64,000 bases of DNA from an uncultured virus (IMG/VR IMGVR_UViG_3300031802_000001) (taxonomy: Duplodnaviria > Heunggongvirae > Uroviricota > Caudoviricetes), in IMG/VR virus record IMGVR_UViG_3300031802_000001, one strand, 5' to 3'. Positions 10,600 to 18,974 of this stretch are shown here, piece after piece. Under the pieces are notes generated by a model. It ran no database searches. It had not been told where the DNA came from and worked only from the letters and a program-made list of their open reading frames with translations. Made by a program: the position numbers and the translations under genes. Every line of letters starts with the position of its first letter. The stretch's first letter is position 1.

Positions 10600-11052
10600 T
10601 TAGTCTTCCTTCGGCATTGTAAATGTTGTTACAGTTCCATCAGTTTCAGTTATGGTAACAACTACGTTACCTGTTCCTGAAGGTGTTGTCCATTCAACAA
10701 GTTCACTTCCTATTGGTGATGTAAATGATCCTGTATCTTGTTGTAAACCATCAGCACCAAATATGTTTGTTGTAATTTGTTTTGCTAATGCTGTATAAAA
10801 TCTTGATTCTAAATTTGCTTTAAATTTTGCAACTGCTGTATTCTTAGCATCATCTATGACTTTATCAGCCGCAGCTTTTTCAGCGGCCTTTACAGCGTCT
10901 TTACGAGTTTTCTCAATATTCTCTACTGTTAAATAGTGTGATGACTTTCCTTGTCCTGAAAATGATGGACTTCCAAATTGGAAATTCAATTCACTAGCAT
11001 AAACATTAGAAATTAATAAGAATAGTGGTAAAATTATAGTGATATAGCGCAT
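10600..11052 (-). CDS. csgF: Curli assembly factor CsgF
   Basis: Signal peptide followed by ASELNFQFGSPSFSG, resembling the CsgF mature N-terminus; adjacent to csgG. Confidence 0.85.
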   Translation of the reverse strand: MRYITIILPLFLLISNVYASELNFQFGSPSFSGQGKSSHYLTVENIEKTRKDAVKAAEKAAADKVIDDAKNTAVAKFKANLESRFYTALAKQITTNIFGADGLQQDTGSFTSPIGSELVEWTTPSGTGNVVVTITETDGTVTTFTMPKED

Positions 11053-11076
11053 TGTCCTTCTCTCTTCTTATGTATA

Positions 11077-11084
11077 TATTTATA
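11077..11084 (-). promoter_or_regulatory. T4-type late (gp55) promoter of the csgF operon
   Basis: TATAAATA on the minus strand, followed by GAAGGA RBS and the csgF ATG. Confidence 0.75.
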
Positions 11085-11094
11085 CTAAATCACA

Positions 11095-11102
11095 ACTAAA
11101 TA
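11095..11102 (+). promoter_or_regulatory. Possible late promoter variant for the cyclase gene
   Basis: ACTAAATA 6 nt before the ATG at 11109, implying a near-leaderless transcript. Confidence 0.45.
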
Positions 11103-11108
11103 GAGTAT

Positions 11109-12764
11109 ATGTTTAAACTATTTACGAAAACGTGGGCAGTTTATTTAACTTTAACTATACTAATTGGTATCTATATATTAAATCCAATTCTATTACAGTC
11201 AGCAAGACTTAATACTTTTGATTTCTACCAAACCTTTAGTAAAAATTATGAATCTAAAAGTATAATCCTATTAGACATATCAGATAAAGCATTAAACAAA
11301 CAAGGACAATGGCCGTGGAAAAGAGATTTACTTGGTCGTACTATAGTTAATGCATATCGTAATGGTGCTGCTCTTGTAATTCTACAAGTTGTCTTTCCTC
11401 ATAAAGATAGATTAGGTGGTGATGAAATATTTTTAAAAATGATTTCAAAATATCCAGTCATACTTACTGAAACAAATGATGTTAAAAATCTTATTAGTAT
11501 CTCACGTAAAGCATTAGCAATAGGCAACGTAAGTGTGCCAGTTGATATAGATGGCACTATAAGAAAATTACCTCTTGACAAATCTATACCTGAAGTTATA
11601 TTAAAAGTTCTTAATTCGGAAACTTTAGCAAAAGATACTATCTGGATTGATTTCAGACATAATATTCCTAGAATAGATTACACCGATAAAGATTGGTCAT
11701 CTGTAAAAGGTAAAATAGTTTTCATAGGTACAACATTCCAAGGTTCAACATTTGTTACTACTCCTGATGGATTAAAAAACACTCACGAAATTATGGCAAT
11801 CAGTACAGAAACTTTGTTGTCAGGTAATTATATTAGTAGACCTTATTGGTTACCATATGGTGAATTTGCTTTTATAATATTAGGTGCTCTATTCTTTCTT
11901 ATAGTTATACCTAGATGTGGTGTAATGTGGTCTGCAATTTGGTATGTAGGTTACTTATTTGATATCTCACTTGCAAGTTCTTATCTATGGGTCAATCATT
12001 TATACTTAACTGATTGGTTCAGTCCACTTGTAATAGGGTCTATAATATGGGGTCAGTTAACATACAATAACTATTCAAAAGAAAATAAATTAAGACTACA
12101 AATTAAAAAACAATTTGAACACTATCTATCTCCAGATATGGTTAAGAAACTACAAAAGAATCCATCTCTATTAAAACTAGGTGGTGAAAGAAAAGAATTA
12201 ACGTTTATGTTTTCAGACATTAGAGGTTTTACTCCCATATCAGAATCTATGAAAGATAATCCAGAAGAATTAACTCGTTATGTTAATAAGTTTTTAACTG
12301 CAATGACTACTATTATATTAAAAAACGGTGGAACTATTGACAAGTATATGGGTGATTGTATAATGGCATTTTGGAACGCACCAATAGATTGTAAAAATCA
12401 TAGAGAGTTAGCAGTTAAATCAGCAATAGAAATGAAAACAAAATTAGACCAAATGAATAAAACTGCTGAGTTTGATCCACCTTTAAAGATTGGCATTGGT
12501 CTTAATACTGGTGATTGTCTTGTAGGTAATATGGGTAGTGAACAACGATTTGATTATTCTGTAATAGGTGACGCTGTTAATTTGGCAAGTAGATTAGAAG
12601 GTGTGAGTAAATATTATGATACTACAATTATAATTAGTGAAAAAACTGCTGATGGTATAGACTATATTCCATTATCAAGACCAAAAGGATTTAAGTTTTA
12701 TAAAGTAGATAATACTTTTGTTAAAGGTAAAAAGGAAAAGGTATCTATTTTTTCCGTTCGTTAA
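11109..12764 (+). CDS. CHASE2-domain membrane class III adenylate cyclase
   Basis: N-terminal TM; CHASE2 motifs (GQWPWKR, DIDGTIRKLPL, GKIVFIG); 3 TMs; catalytic FSDIRGFT, IDKYMGD and YSVIGDAVNLASRLEG. Confidence 0.93.
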   Translation: MFKLFTKTWAVYLTLTILIGIYILNPILLQSARLNTFDFYQTFSKNYESKSIILLDISDKALNKQGQWPWKRDLLGRTIVNAYRNGAALVILQVVFPHKDRLGGDEIFLKMISKYPVILTETNDVKNLISISRKALAIGNVSVPVDIDGTIRKLPLDKSIPEVILKVLNSETLAKDTIWIDFRHNIPRIDYTDKDWSSVKGKIVFIGTTFQGSTFVTTPDGLKNTHEIMAISTETLLSGNYISRPYWLPYGEFAFIILGALFFLIVIPRCGVMWSAIWYVGYLFDISLASSYLWVNHLYLTDWFSPLVIGSIIWGQLTYNNYSKENKLRLQIKKQFEHYLSPDMVKKLQKNPSLLKLGGERKELTFMFSDIRGFTPISESMKDNPEELTRYVNKFLTAMTTIILKNGGTIDKYMGDCIMAFWNAPIDCKNHRELAVKSAIEMKTKLDQMNKTAEFDPPLKIGIGLNTGDCLVGNMGSEQRFDYSVIGDAVNLASRLEGVSKYYDTTIIISEKTADGIDYIPLSRPKGFKFYKVDNTFVKGKKEKVSIFSVR

Positions 12765-12912
12765 TCTTATTAATTAATTCAAATACTACTTTAACTTTCT
12801 CTTCTAATACTTTAATTCTATAATGTGATTGTGCTAAAGTTACAATCAATAATATAAATGCCACAAACATTGGCCATAATTTAGTTAATATTGTTATAAT
12901 TTCTAGTTCCAT
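12745..12912 (-). CDS. Small membrane protein (55 aa), not in the ORF track
   Basis: MELEIITILTKLWPMFVAFILLIVTLAQSHYRIKVLEEKVK...; coupled to the upstream ORF; overlaps the cyclase 3' end. Confidence 0.6.
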   Translation of the reverse strand: MELEIITILTKLWPMFVAFILLIVTLAQSHYRIKVLEEKVKVVFELINKINERKK

Positions 12913-13055
12913 TATTGTATCGGTTTCTCATATTTAATCTTACTCAACCTCTCACAGGCAGAGCAATCACATTTCTTACAAATCTTATCACCAGTTTTAT
13001 CGTACAATGGCTCTGGACAATGAGCTTCAAAACCACAGTTCTTACATTTTTCCAT
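12912..13055 (-). CDS. Small Cys-rich metal-binding protein (47 aa), not in the ORF track
   Basis: MEKCKNCGFEAHCPEPLYDKTGDKICKKCDCSACERL...; TAATG overlaps on both sides. Confidence 0.6.
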   Translation of the reverse strand: MEKCKNCGFEAHCPEPLYDKTGDKICKKCDCSACERLSKIKYEKPIQ

Positions 13056-13318
13056 TACTCTTCTCTTATAATATACTTAATCGTATGTTCTGCTTTAACA
13101 ACAACGTGTTTCTTTGTATCTTCATTTGTAAATATAATATGATTAGGTTTAACTTCTCTAAATCTTCTCACACGTACTTTAATTTCAGCACCTTCCCACC
13201 AATAAATAAGCTCAGCGGGGTGGCCAATTATAAAAACCCAAATGGCTTTTAAAACTGACCATATACCTTTAAAAAAATTCTTTATCATTTTTTCAATTCC
13301 CCACCTGTGCATTTCCAT
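13055..13318 (-). CDS. Hypothetical protein
   Basis: 87-aa ORF in a translationally coupled run. Confidence 0.55.
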   Translation of the reverse strand: MEMHRWGIEKMIKNFFKGIWSVLKAIWVFIIGHPAELIYWWEGAEIKVRVRRFREVKPNHIIFTNEDTKKHVVVKAEHTIKYIIREE

Positions 13319-13482
13319 TATTTTTCTTTTTTACTAAATGGATTTAATTTTTTAACTTTATCTACAGAACCTTTACTAATATTTTTAGCACTTGTTCCTA
13401 TACCTTTACCAACACCAACAACCTTTGATCCAACTATTGATATTGTTTTTTCAGTAAATCTTTTTATATTTGATAGATTCAT
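13318..13482 (-). CDS. Small basic protein (54 aa), not in the ORF track
   Basis: MNLSNIKRFTEKTISIVGSKVVGVGKGIG...; stop/start overlaps on both sides. Confidence 0.5.
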   Translation of the reverse strand: MNLSNIKRFTEKTISIVGSKVVGVGKGIGTSAKNISKGSVDKVKKLNPFSKKEK

Positions 13483-13841
13483 TATTGTTTCTCCTTCTTT
13501 TCTGGTTCATAGTATTCTTTATATTGTTCCAATAAATTGTTAGTAACTTTTAAATGTGCTCTAATTTGAGCAAAATTCTTTGCAATTAATTGAAAGTCTT
13601 TATCACTTAATCCAAATAGAACAGGATCAAGTCCTTGTTCTTCCATTTTTTGGAAGACTTCATCTGCATTATCAGACGTGATAATAATCCATCTCAATTT
13701 TTCCAATTGAGGCATAGTAGGCACTTCTAAATTTAAATTTGCTCTAGGTTCTTCCAACTTAAATATTTTAAGTTTCTTTTCCCCTATAGAACAACCTGTT
13801 AAAAGTCCTATAACTAATATGCTAATTATTATACGGTACAT
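13482..13841 (-). CDS. Lipoprotein, candidate o-spanin
   Basis: Lipobox LTGC; overlaps the 3' end of a TM/coiled-coil gene. Confidence 0.6.
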   Translation of the reverse strand: MYRIIISILVIGLLTGCSIGEKKLKIFKLEEPRANLNLEVPTMPQLEKLRWIIITSDNADEVFQKMEEQGLDPVLFGLSDKDFQLIAKNFAQIRAHLKVTNNLLEQYKEYYEPEKKEKQ

Positions 13842-14298
13842 AATTTGGGTTCGCTATACTTGGACATTCTCTATTGATTTCAGATTTCTTTGTCGCTGCT
13901 ATTTCTTCAGCAGTAAGTGGTGACCCACCTGCAATTTCTACACAACGCAATGCTTTATTACTTGCACTATTAATAATTCTTTCAATTACTTTTGTTTTTT
14001 CTATTGCAAGTTTACCAAAATCACGTCCTTTTTTATTAAACCTTTTATCTAAATCGTCTAAATCTTTTTTCATAGCATTAATAAGTTCGTTCATCTTATT
14101 ATTTGCCTTTAAGATTTCTACAAAATCTTCCTTTTGTTTTTCAATCAGCACCTTTTGAGTGCTGACTGATTCTTCTAGTTTGATTTGATTTATTTTTAGA
14201 ATTGCATTATCTCGTTGTAATTTCATCACATACATTCCAGCGCCAGCAATGCCGGCAATCATTATAACAGCAATCATCATTTTAAAATAACCAAACAT
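13822..14298 (-). CDS. N-terminal TM plus coiled coil, candidate i-spanin
   Basis: Single N-terminal TM, long coiled coil and two C-terminal Cys. Confidence 0.6.
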   Translation of the reverse strand: MFGYFKMMIAVIMIAGIAGAGMYVMKLQRDNAILKINQIKLEESVSTQKVLIEKQKEDFVEILKANNKMNELINAMKKDLDDLDKRFNKKGRDFGKLAIEKTKVIERIINSASNKALRCVEIAGGSPLTAEEIAATKKSEINRECPSIANPNYVPYNN

Positions 14299-14307
14299 AA
14301 TTTTCTT

Positions 14308-14466
14308 TTAGTCTTTCTTTAATACTGCCCAAGCGCCGTAAGCAATTGCTGCCCAAGCAGCAATTTTAGCAATGGGGCTGAAAAACAACACTACAACGCC
14401 TAATCCTATTAATACTCCACCGTGTAATGATGTTAGTTCTTTTAGTCTTCCTGTTATAAAACCCAT
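14308..14466 (-). CDS. Two-TM small membrane protein (52 aa), holin candidate, not in the ORF track
   Basis: MGFITGRLKELTSLHGGVLIGLGVVVLFFSPIAKIAAWAAIAYGAWAVLKKD with AGGAGA RBS. Confidence 0.6.
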   Translation of the reverse strand: MGFITGRLKELTSLHGGVLIGLGVVVLFFSPIAKIAAWAAIAYGAWAVLKKD

Positions 14467-14486
14467 ATTTGTCTCCTTTTTTTTTG

Positions 14487-15083
14487 TTAAATCTTGGCAC
14501 CAACTTTACGGTGTTTTCTCCAAGCCAAAAACCCACCTAGTCTTAACGAATAGTATGCTAGTTGGTTCATCAAGTAGAAACCATTTATCTCTATGTTAAT
14601 ATCTCTAAAGATTTGGTCTGCTTTCTTTTGAGTTAGTACTCCCATAGTTTCTGCCTTGTTTATTTTTAATAAGGTCTCATACTTATAAGCATAATCGTGT
14701 ACAAGTCCACCCATTAAAAGCACCCCTACTGGTGATAAAAAAGTATGCAAGAACTTTGGTATACTTGCACCGTCAAATTTAAACCCAGCGGGTATGACAA
14801 ATTTTTCTCCGTTTATTTCATAATTAAAATCTTCTGCAATTTCCCAATGTCTAACACCGAGTAACCACATTAATATCATTCTAAAAAAACCTTTACCTTT
14901 AGTTGCTATTCTTAAAGGTTTCATTAACGGATATTCTTTATACTTAAAATTAATCTCATTAATTTTCTTCTTATCAAATAAATTAATAATTAATCCTGTT
15001 ATTACTACTAAAATTAATACCGTCCACATCCAGAATTTCATTGCTAAACTTACTAAAATTGATCCTACTTGACCTATTTCCAT
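14487..15083 (-). CDS. DUF1353-like protein with N-terminal TM
   Basis: IPAGFKFDGASIP...GLVHDYAY...ADQIF signature. Confidence 0.75.
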   Translation of the reverse strand: MEIGQVGSILVSLAMKFWMWTVLILVVITGLIINLFDKKKINEINFKYKEYPLMKPLRIATKGKGFFRMILMWLLGVRHWEIAEDFNYEINGEKFVIPAGFKFDGASIPKFLHTFLSPVGVLLMGGLVHDYAYKYETLLKINKAETMGVLTQKKADQIFRDINIEINGFYLMNQLAYYSLRLGGFLAWRKHRKVGAKI

Positions 15084-15084
15084 A

Positions 15085-15450
15085 TTATTTCTTTCTATTT
15101 CTAGTACTCATACTAGCAGTTGCTTGTGCTCCTCTTACGTGAACCATTCCACCCATAGCTTCTTTCTTTGCTTTATTTTTAGGTTCTTTATGCGGATCAG
15201 CAGTAGGTCTTGGATCCATATAAAATTCTTTCTTTTCTTTCTTTTTAGGTTCTACTTTTGGATCAGCAGATTTAAAAGGATGTTGATTTAATGCACCAGT
15301 ATAACCTGCGTGTAATCCAACACCTCTAGCATTTTTACCACCTGGTCTTTTCTTTGGCGGTGTATCACCTAAACTTGCAATAGGTTGAACATTTGAATAG
15401 TTTCCTATTCTAACTCCTGTTGTACCTATAAATTCTTTTAATGTTTTCAT
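15085..15450 (-). CDS. Hypothetical, possible internal head protein
   Basis: N-terminus MKTLKEFI; basic low-complexity sequence. Confidence 0.55.
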   Translation of the reverse strand: MKTLKEFIGTTGVRIGNYSNVQPIASLGDTPPKKRPGGKNARGVGLHAGYTGALNQHPFKSADPKVEPKKKEKKEFYMDPRPTADPHKEPKNKAKKEAMGGMVHVRGAQATASMSTRNRKK

Positions 15451-15782
15451 ACTCTAGCCTTTTCTTTAATCGTTTTCTTTTTTACAGGAGTTTCTATTGT
15501 AATTTCTTCTTTTACAACACCACTTATTTCATCAATCTTATTTTCAAGTTTAGTTAATTGACTATAAACTCCTTTCAATACAACATTGTTATTATCATCA
15601 CTCTCTTGTACTTTTCTTTTTAAAGTACCTAGTACAACATCTTTCTTTTTCTTTTTATCTACACCTGGTTCGTGTTTAGGAGGTAATGCAACATTACTTC
15701 CATCACCAACTGCATTTGTTGGAGCATCCTCATCTACTTTATTGATGAGTTCGTCCATCATATCTTTATAATGTTTTGGCAT
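15447..15782 (-). CDS. Hypothetical T4-like late protein
   Basis: EDAPTNAVG...PPKHEPGV motif; coupled ORF. Confidence 0.6.
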   Translation of the reverse strand: MPKHYKDMMDELINKVDEDAPTNAVGDGSNVALPPKHEPGVDKKKKKDVVLGTLKRKVQESDDNNNVVLKGVYSQLTKLENKIDEISGVVKEEITIETPVKKKTIKEKARV

Positions 15783-16245
15783 ATTCCATCTCCGATATTA
15801 ATTTATTATCTTTCTCATACATATCTAAACCTAAGCAAGTCATTACTGGTTTATCTTCTATGTCTGGTATCTCTCTTACCTCATTTAAAAAACTATCATA
15901 TTGATTTGTTTCTTTCAAATAAGAAATAACACCTGCTTCTATAGCGTTTTTATGCGCCATTAATCTTTTATCTTCTCTAAGCACCATAGCTAAACCACCT
16001 GCAAAGGACCCAAATCTACTACCCAATCCAACTTTTTGAAATAATCTTTTCATATTAAAAACAAATCTATGTAAATATGTATAAGCTTTCTTATCTTTCA
16101 TAAGTCTTAATGTTTTAGCTCTTCTTAATACCTTACCTTTTTTATCAATGATACCTTGTTTAAAAGCTTCGTGCTTTTCCCAAGGCGTAACCAATAATTT
16201 AATTACTCGGTACGTTATCAATAAATCTATTGCTCTACTTGCCAT
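15766..16245 (-). CDS. Conserved T4-like hypothetical protein
   Basis: YRVIKLLVTPW...GIIDKKGKVL...AYTYLHRFVFNMKR. Confidence 0.7.
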   Translation of the reverse strand: MASRAIDLLITYRVIKLLVTPWEKHEAFKQGIIDKKGKVLRRAKTLRLMKDKKAYTYLHRFVFNMKRLFQKVGLGSRFGSFAGGLAMVLREDKRLMAHKNAIEAGVISYLKETNQYDSFLNEVREIPDIEDKPVMTCLGLDMYEKDNKLISEMEYAKTL

Positions 16246-16607
16246 TAAAGTTCCTTTAGTAATTGTTTAATCTTATCATCTTCATCCACGTCTCCTAATT
16301 CGTGTGAATAAAGAAATTTAAGATAGTTCAATATTGTTTTTAATGCTGACCAGTATTCTCTATCTATCTTAAATAATAATAAGGTTACAGCTACATCTGC
16401 TCCAAAAACATTTTGTAATACTACAATATGGTTTATAATTAACCTTACTTTAACATCACCTGTTGTTCTGTACTTACGAAATAACCTTTTCAGATATTTA
16501 AATCGCTTTATATCCTCAAAAAATTCTACATTAGTTTCTAACGTAGGGTTAGTATAATTCCTTTGAGCGAATAGCAACCAATTATCTTTGGTTATCTCTT
16601 CAAACAT
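16245..16607 (-). CDS. Conserved T4-like hypothetical protein
   Basis: YTNP...FEDIKRFKYLKRL...LIINHIVVLQNVFG. Confidence 0.7.
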   Translation of the reverse strand: MFEEITKDNWLLFAQRNYTNPTLETNVEFFEDIKRFKYLKRLFRKYRTTGDVKVRLIINHIVVLQNVFGADVAVTLLLFKIDREYWSALKTILNYLKFLYSHELGDVDEDDKIKQLLKEL

Positions 16608-16615
16608 TTGGTCTA

Positions 16616-17041
16616 CTAAACTAATTTAGCGTAGACCTTGGAAGCACCGTTCTTTAAAGTTTCATAACTAACTTCTAAATTAAGACCGCCTGCTTTTTTA
16701 TGTGATATATTATCATCATTTAAATCAGTACCATCTGTGTCTTTCCCAAATCGTCCACCAAACTGTGTTACCTTTGCACTTATTTTTCCACTAGTACCTT
16801 CCATTGCAACTGGAGATATATTTAAACCAATTCTGTTTAGTTTTTCTCTTAAACTATCTACAGCTTGTTGTGGTTTAATATATTCCATATCGCCTACAGA
16901 ACCTACAAAAGCATTAACTCTATTTAATACTTCTGGATCGTGGATATTATGAGCGCCTAATTTACCATCTTCAACTGCATTAGATGTGGCTGTGCCAACC
17001 ATCTTACCGTCTTCGGTTATATGTTGTTTAAATGTTCTCAT
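16616..17041 (-). CDS. Hypothetical late protein (start reassigned to 17041; an in-frame start near 17158 is possible)
   Basis: GAGGAG RBS precedes MRTFKQHITEDG. Confidence 0.6.
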   Translation of the reverse strand: MRTFKQHITEDGKMVGTATSNAVEDGKLGAHNIHDPEVLNRVNAFVGSVGDMEYIKPQQAVDSLREKLNRIGLNISPVAMEGTSGKISAKVTQFGGRFGKDTDGTDLNDDNISHKKAGGLNLEVSYETLKNGASKVYAKLV

Positions 17042-17141
17042 TTTCTCCTCTTTTATTTCCTTTTCTGAATCATCCTCTTTAGGACAATCTGCTATAACAT
17101 CCTCTTCAAAATCATCCAAGTCTTTATCTTCTTGAAATTTT

Positions 17142-17453
17142 TTAAACTTTGTTATCATTTTCCCTTTGTTGAGCAGCTCTATTTTCTGCTTCATAAACCT
17201 TGTCATAATGACCAGGCTTATTGCTAGTTATATTTACTCCTGCCTCTTTAGGTTTGTTTTCAGGATCAAGTTGATTTTCAACCAAACCTATTAACTTATT
17301 TACTTCTTGAATTGCCCCATTAATTGCGTTCAAGTTTGCTTTCATCTGTCCCAAATCAATTTCAACTTGTTTAACTTGTATTCCCAACTTATTAAAATCT
17401 TCTTGTAGTTGAGTCTTCTCTTTTTGGAGCGTATCAATTCCTAATGTAACCAT
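17142..17453 (-). CDS. Coiled-coil hypothetical protein
   Basis: Heptad pattern; AGGAG RBS. Confidence 0.6.
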   Translation of the reverse strand: MVTLGIDTLQKEKTQLQEDFNKLGIQVKQVEIDLGQMKANLNAINGAIQEVNKLIGLVENQLDPENKPKEAGVNITSNKPGHYDKVYEAENRAAQQRENDNKV

Positions 17454-17472
17454 TATTATCTCCTATAATATA

Positions 17473-17934
17473 TTATGCAACTACGTATCCCTGACCTGCA
17501 ATTACATTCCAATTTGAATTTTTATACAACAACGTAACTGTTTCACCTTCAGCATCCAAAGTGATAGTTCCGTAACCCCTTAAACTTGCTGGTGTAATTG
17601 TTACTGCGTTAGTACCAGCTGTTGATGTATTTAAAAATGTTTTTATTTGACCATTTGCACCATCTGGTAAAGATACTGCTCCTGTTCCAGTGGTTGCGTT
17701 TATTTCTGTAACCGCACTTGTTACATCAGCAATTAATGCGTCAACACCATTTGCTGTTAAGCTTTGAGATATTTGAGCAACACCTAGCCACGTGGGCATA
17801 TTGTTGAAAACATCTTCTGCTGCTATTTTTTTATTGATTGGTGTTCCAGCGGGATCATCTATTACGTGGAACAAATCTACACTTGCTAATGCGTTACCTA
17901 AATCGGTAAGCTGTGTAACCTTTTTATCTGCCAT
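17473..17934 (-). CDS. Putative virion structural protein
   Basis: MADKKVTQLT start, A/T/G-rich beta structure, late promoter upstream. Confidence 0.65.
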   Translation of the reverse strand: MADKKVTQLTDLGNALASVDLFHVIDDPAGTPINKKIAAEDVFNNMPTWLGVAQISQSLTANGVDALIADVTSAVTEINATTGTGAVSLPDGANGQIKTFLNTSTAGTNAVTITPASLRGYGTITLDAEGETVTLLYKNSNWNVIAGQGYVVA

Positions 17935-17998
17935 TTGTTTCTCCTGTTAACCTCTTACGAGGAATGCTACTGTAGGTAATTCCTACATCATACTATAT

Positions 17999-18006
17999 TA
18001 TTTATA
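17999..18006 (-). promoter_or_regulatory. Late promoter
   Basis: TATAAATA. Confidence 0.7.
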
Positions 18007-18030
18007 AGGGCACTCTAAAGAATGCCCTTA
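18005..18030 (-). terminator. Stem-loop after the 18042..18323 gene
   Basis: TAAGGGCATTC-TTTA-GAGTGCCCTTA; no clear U-tract. Confidence 0.55.
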
Positions 18031-18041
18031 TAGTGTGATTA

Positions 18042-18323
18042 TTAAGCAGCGTTTGTTAATGCTACTATAGTTTCGTACTGTACTCTTGTAGCTCTACCAC
18101 CAGAACCAGTTGTTTTTAAGTTCCAACCTGCGTGAGCAGCACCTGCTGGTACTTCTCCATCTGCATAGTTAAATAAACCTAAAGTGATTCCTGTAATAAA
18201 GTTATCAGCAGTTGCGTCTTCAAATAAATTTGTTCTATTTGAGGAAGTAAAAGCTAATCTAGCAGCAGCACAAGCCCATAATGGTGCTCCAGCTGCCGAG
18301 TCTGCACTTGAATGTGATGACAT
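18042..18323 (-). CDS. Putative small virion protein
   Basis: AHAGWNLKTTGSGGR..RVQYETIVA; strong RBS and late promoter. Confidence 0.65.
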   Translation of the reverse strand: MSSHSSADSAAGAPLWACAAARLAFTSSNRTNLFEDATADNFITGITLGLFNYADGEVPAGAAHAGWNLKTTGSGGRATRVQYETIVALTNAA

Positions 18324-18376
18324 AGTATTCTCTCCTTTAATTAATTGTTAAAGTACTCAATTCTTAATATATGTTA

Positions 18377-18384
18377 TATTTATA
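18377..18384 (-). promoter_or_regulatory. Late promoter
   Basis: TATAAATA. Confidence 0.7.
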
Positions 18385-18471
18385 AGAAAAAGGATATGAT
18401 AATTGCGAATAAAACAGCAACAGCCACAGCACAAGCTATAAGACCTGCAATTGTATATATGGTGTTAACCA

Positions 18472-18963
18472 TTAATATCCTAACTTTTTTAATTCCCTTA
18501 TTGAATTAGACGCTGATGTATGATGTATTCCTATACCACCACGTCTTGTAAATTGTTCTACATTTGGTCTGTAATCATCAATAAGTACAGCAGGACTTTT
18601 ATATCCTGTCTGAGCATAATGTTGTTTGTTATTTCTCTTCACTAGAGCAAGTCTGTTTGGACCTAAACCTAAATTTCTTCTTGCCCATTTTTTTTTACCT
18701 GATATACAATTAGGGTCTACATCTGTATATGCGGATAAGATATGTGGGTTATGTTTTTTGATATAATTCCATAAAGATTTACCATCGGATATCCAAGGTA
18801 ATGTTTCCCAAAAATCTCTTTTATTTTTTATTGGGTTCCATTTTTCTGATTTTGTGGAATTTTGCCATTGTGTTAGGGGAAGTCCTGTAATTTTTTCAGC
18901 AGCCTTTTTAAAGTCTGCTAGTACTCCATCCATATCGCAATAAAGCATTGGTAGGGATTTCAT
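18472..18963 (-). CDS. HAD-superfamily 5'(3')-deoxyribonucleotidase-like protein
   Basis: DMDGVLADF motif I; LIDD motif. Confidence 0.8.
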   Translation of the reverse strand: MKSLPMLYCDMDGVLADFKKAAEKITGLPLTQWQNSTKSEKWNPIKNKRDFWETLPWISDGKSLWNYIKKHNPHILSAYTDVDPNCISGKKKWARRNLGLGPNRLALVKRNNKQHYAQTGYKSPAVLIDDYRPNVEQFTRRGGIGIHHTSASNSIRELKKLGY

Positions 18964-18974
18964 ATTAATGTCTC

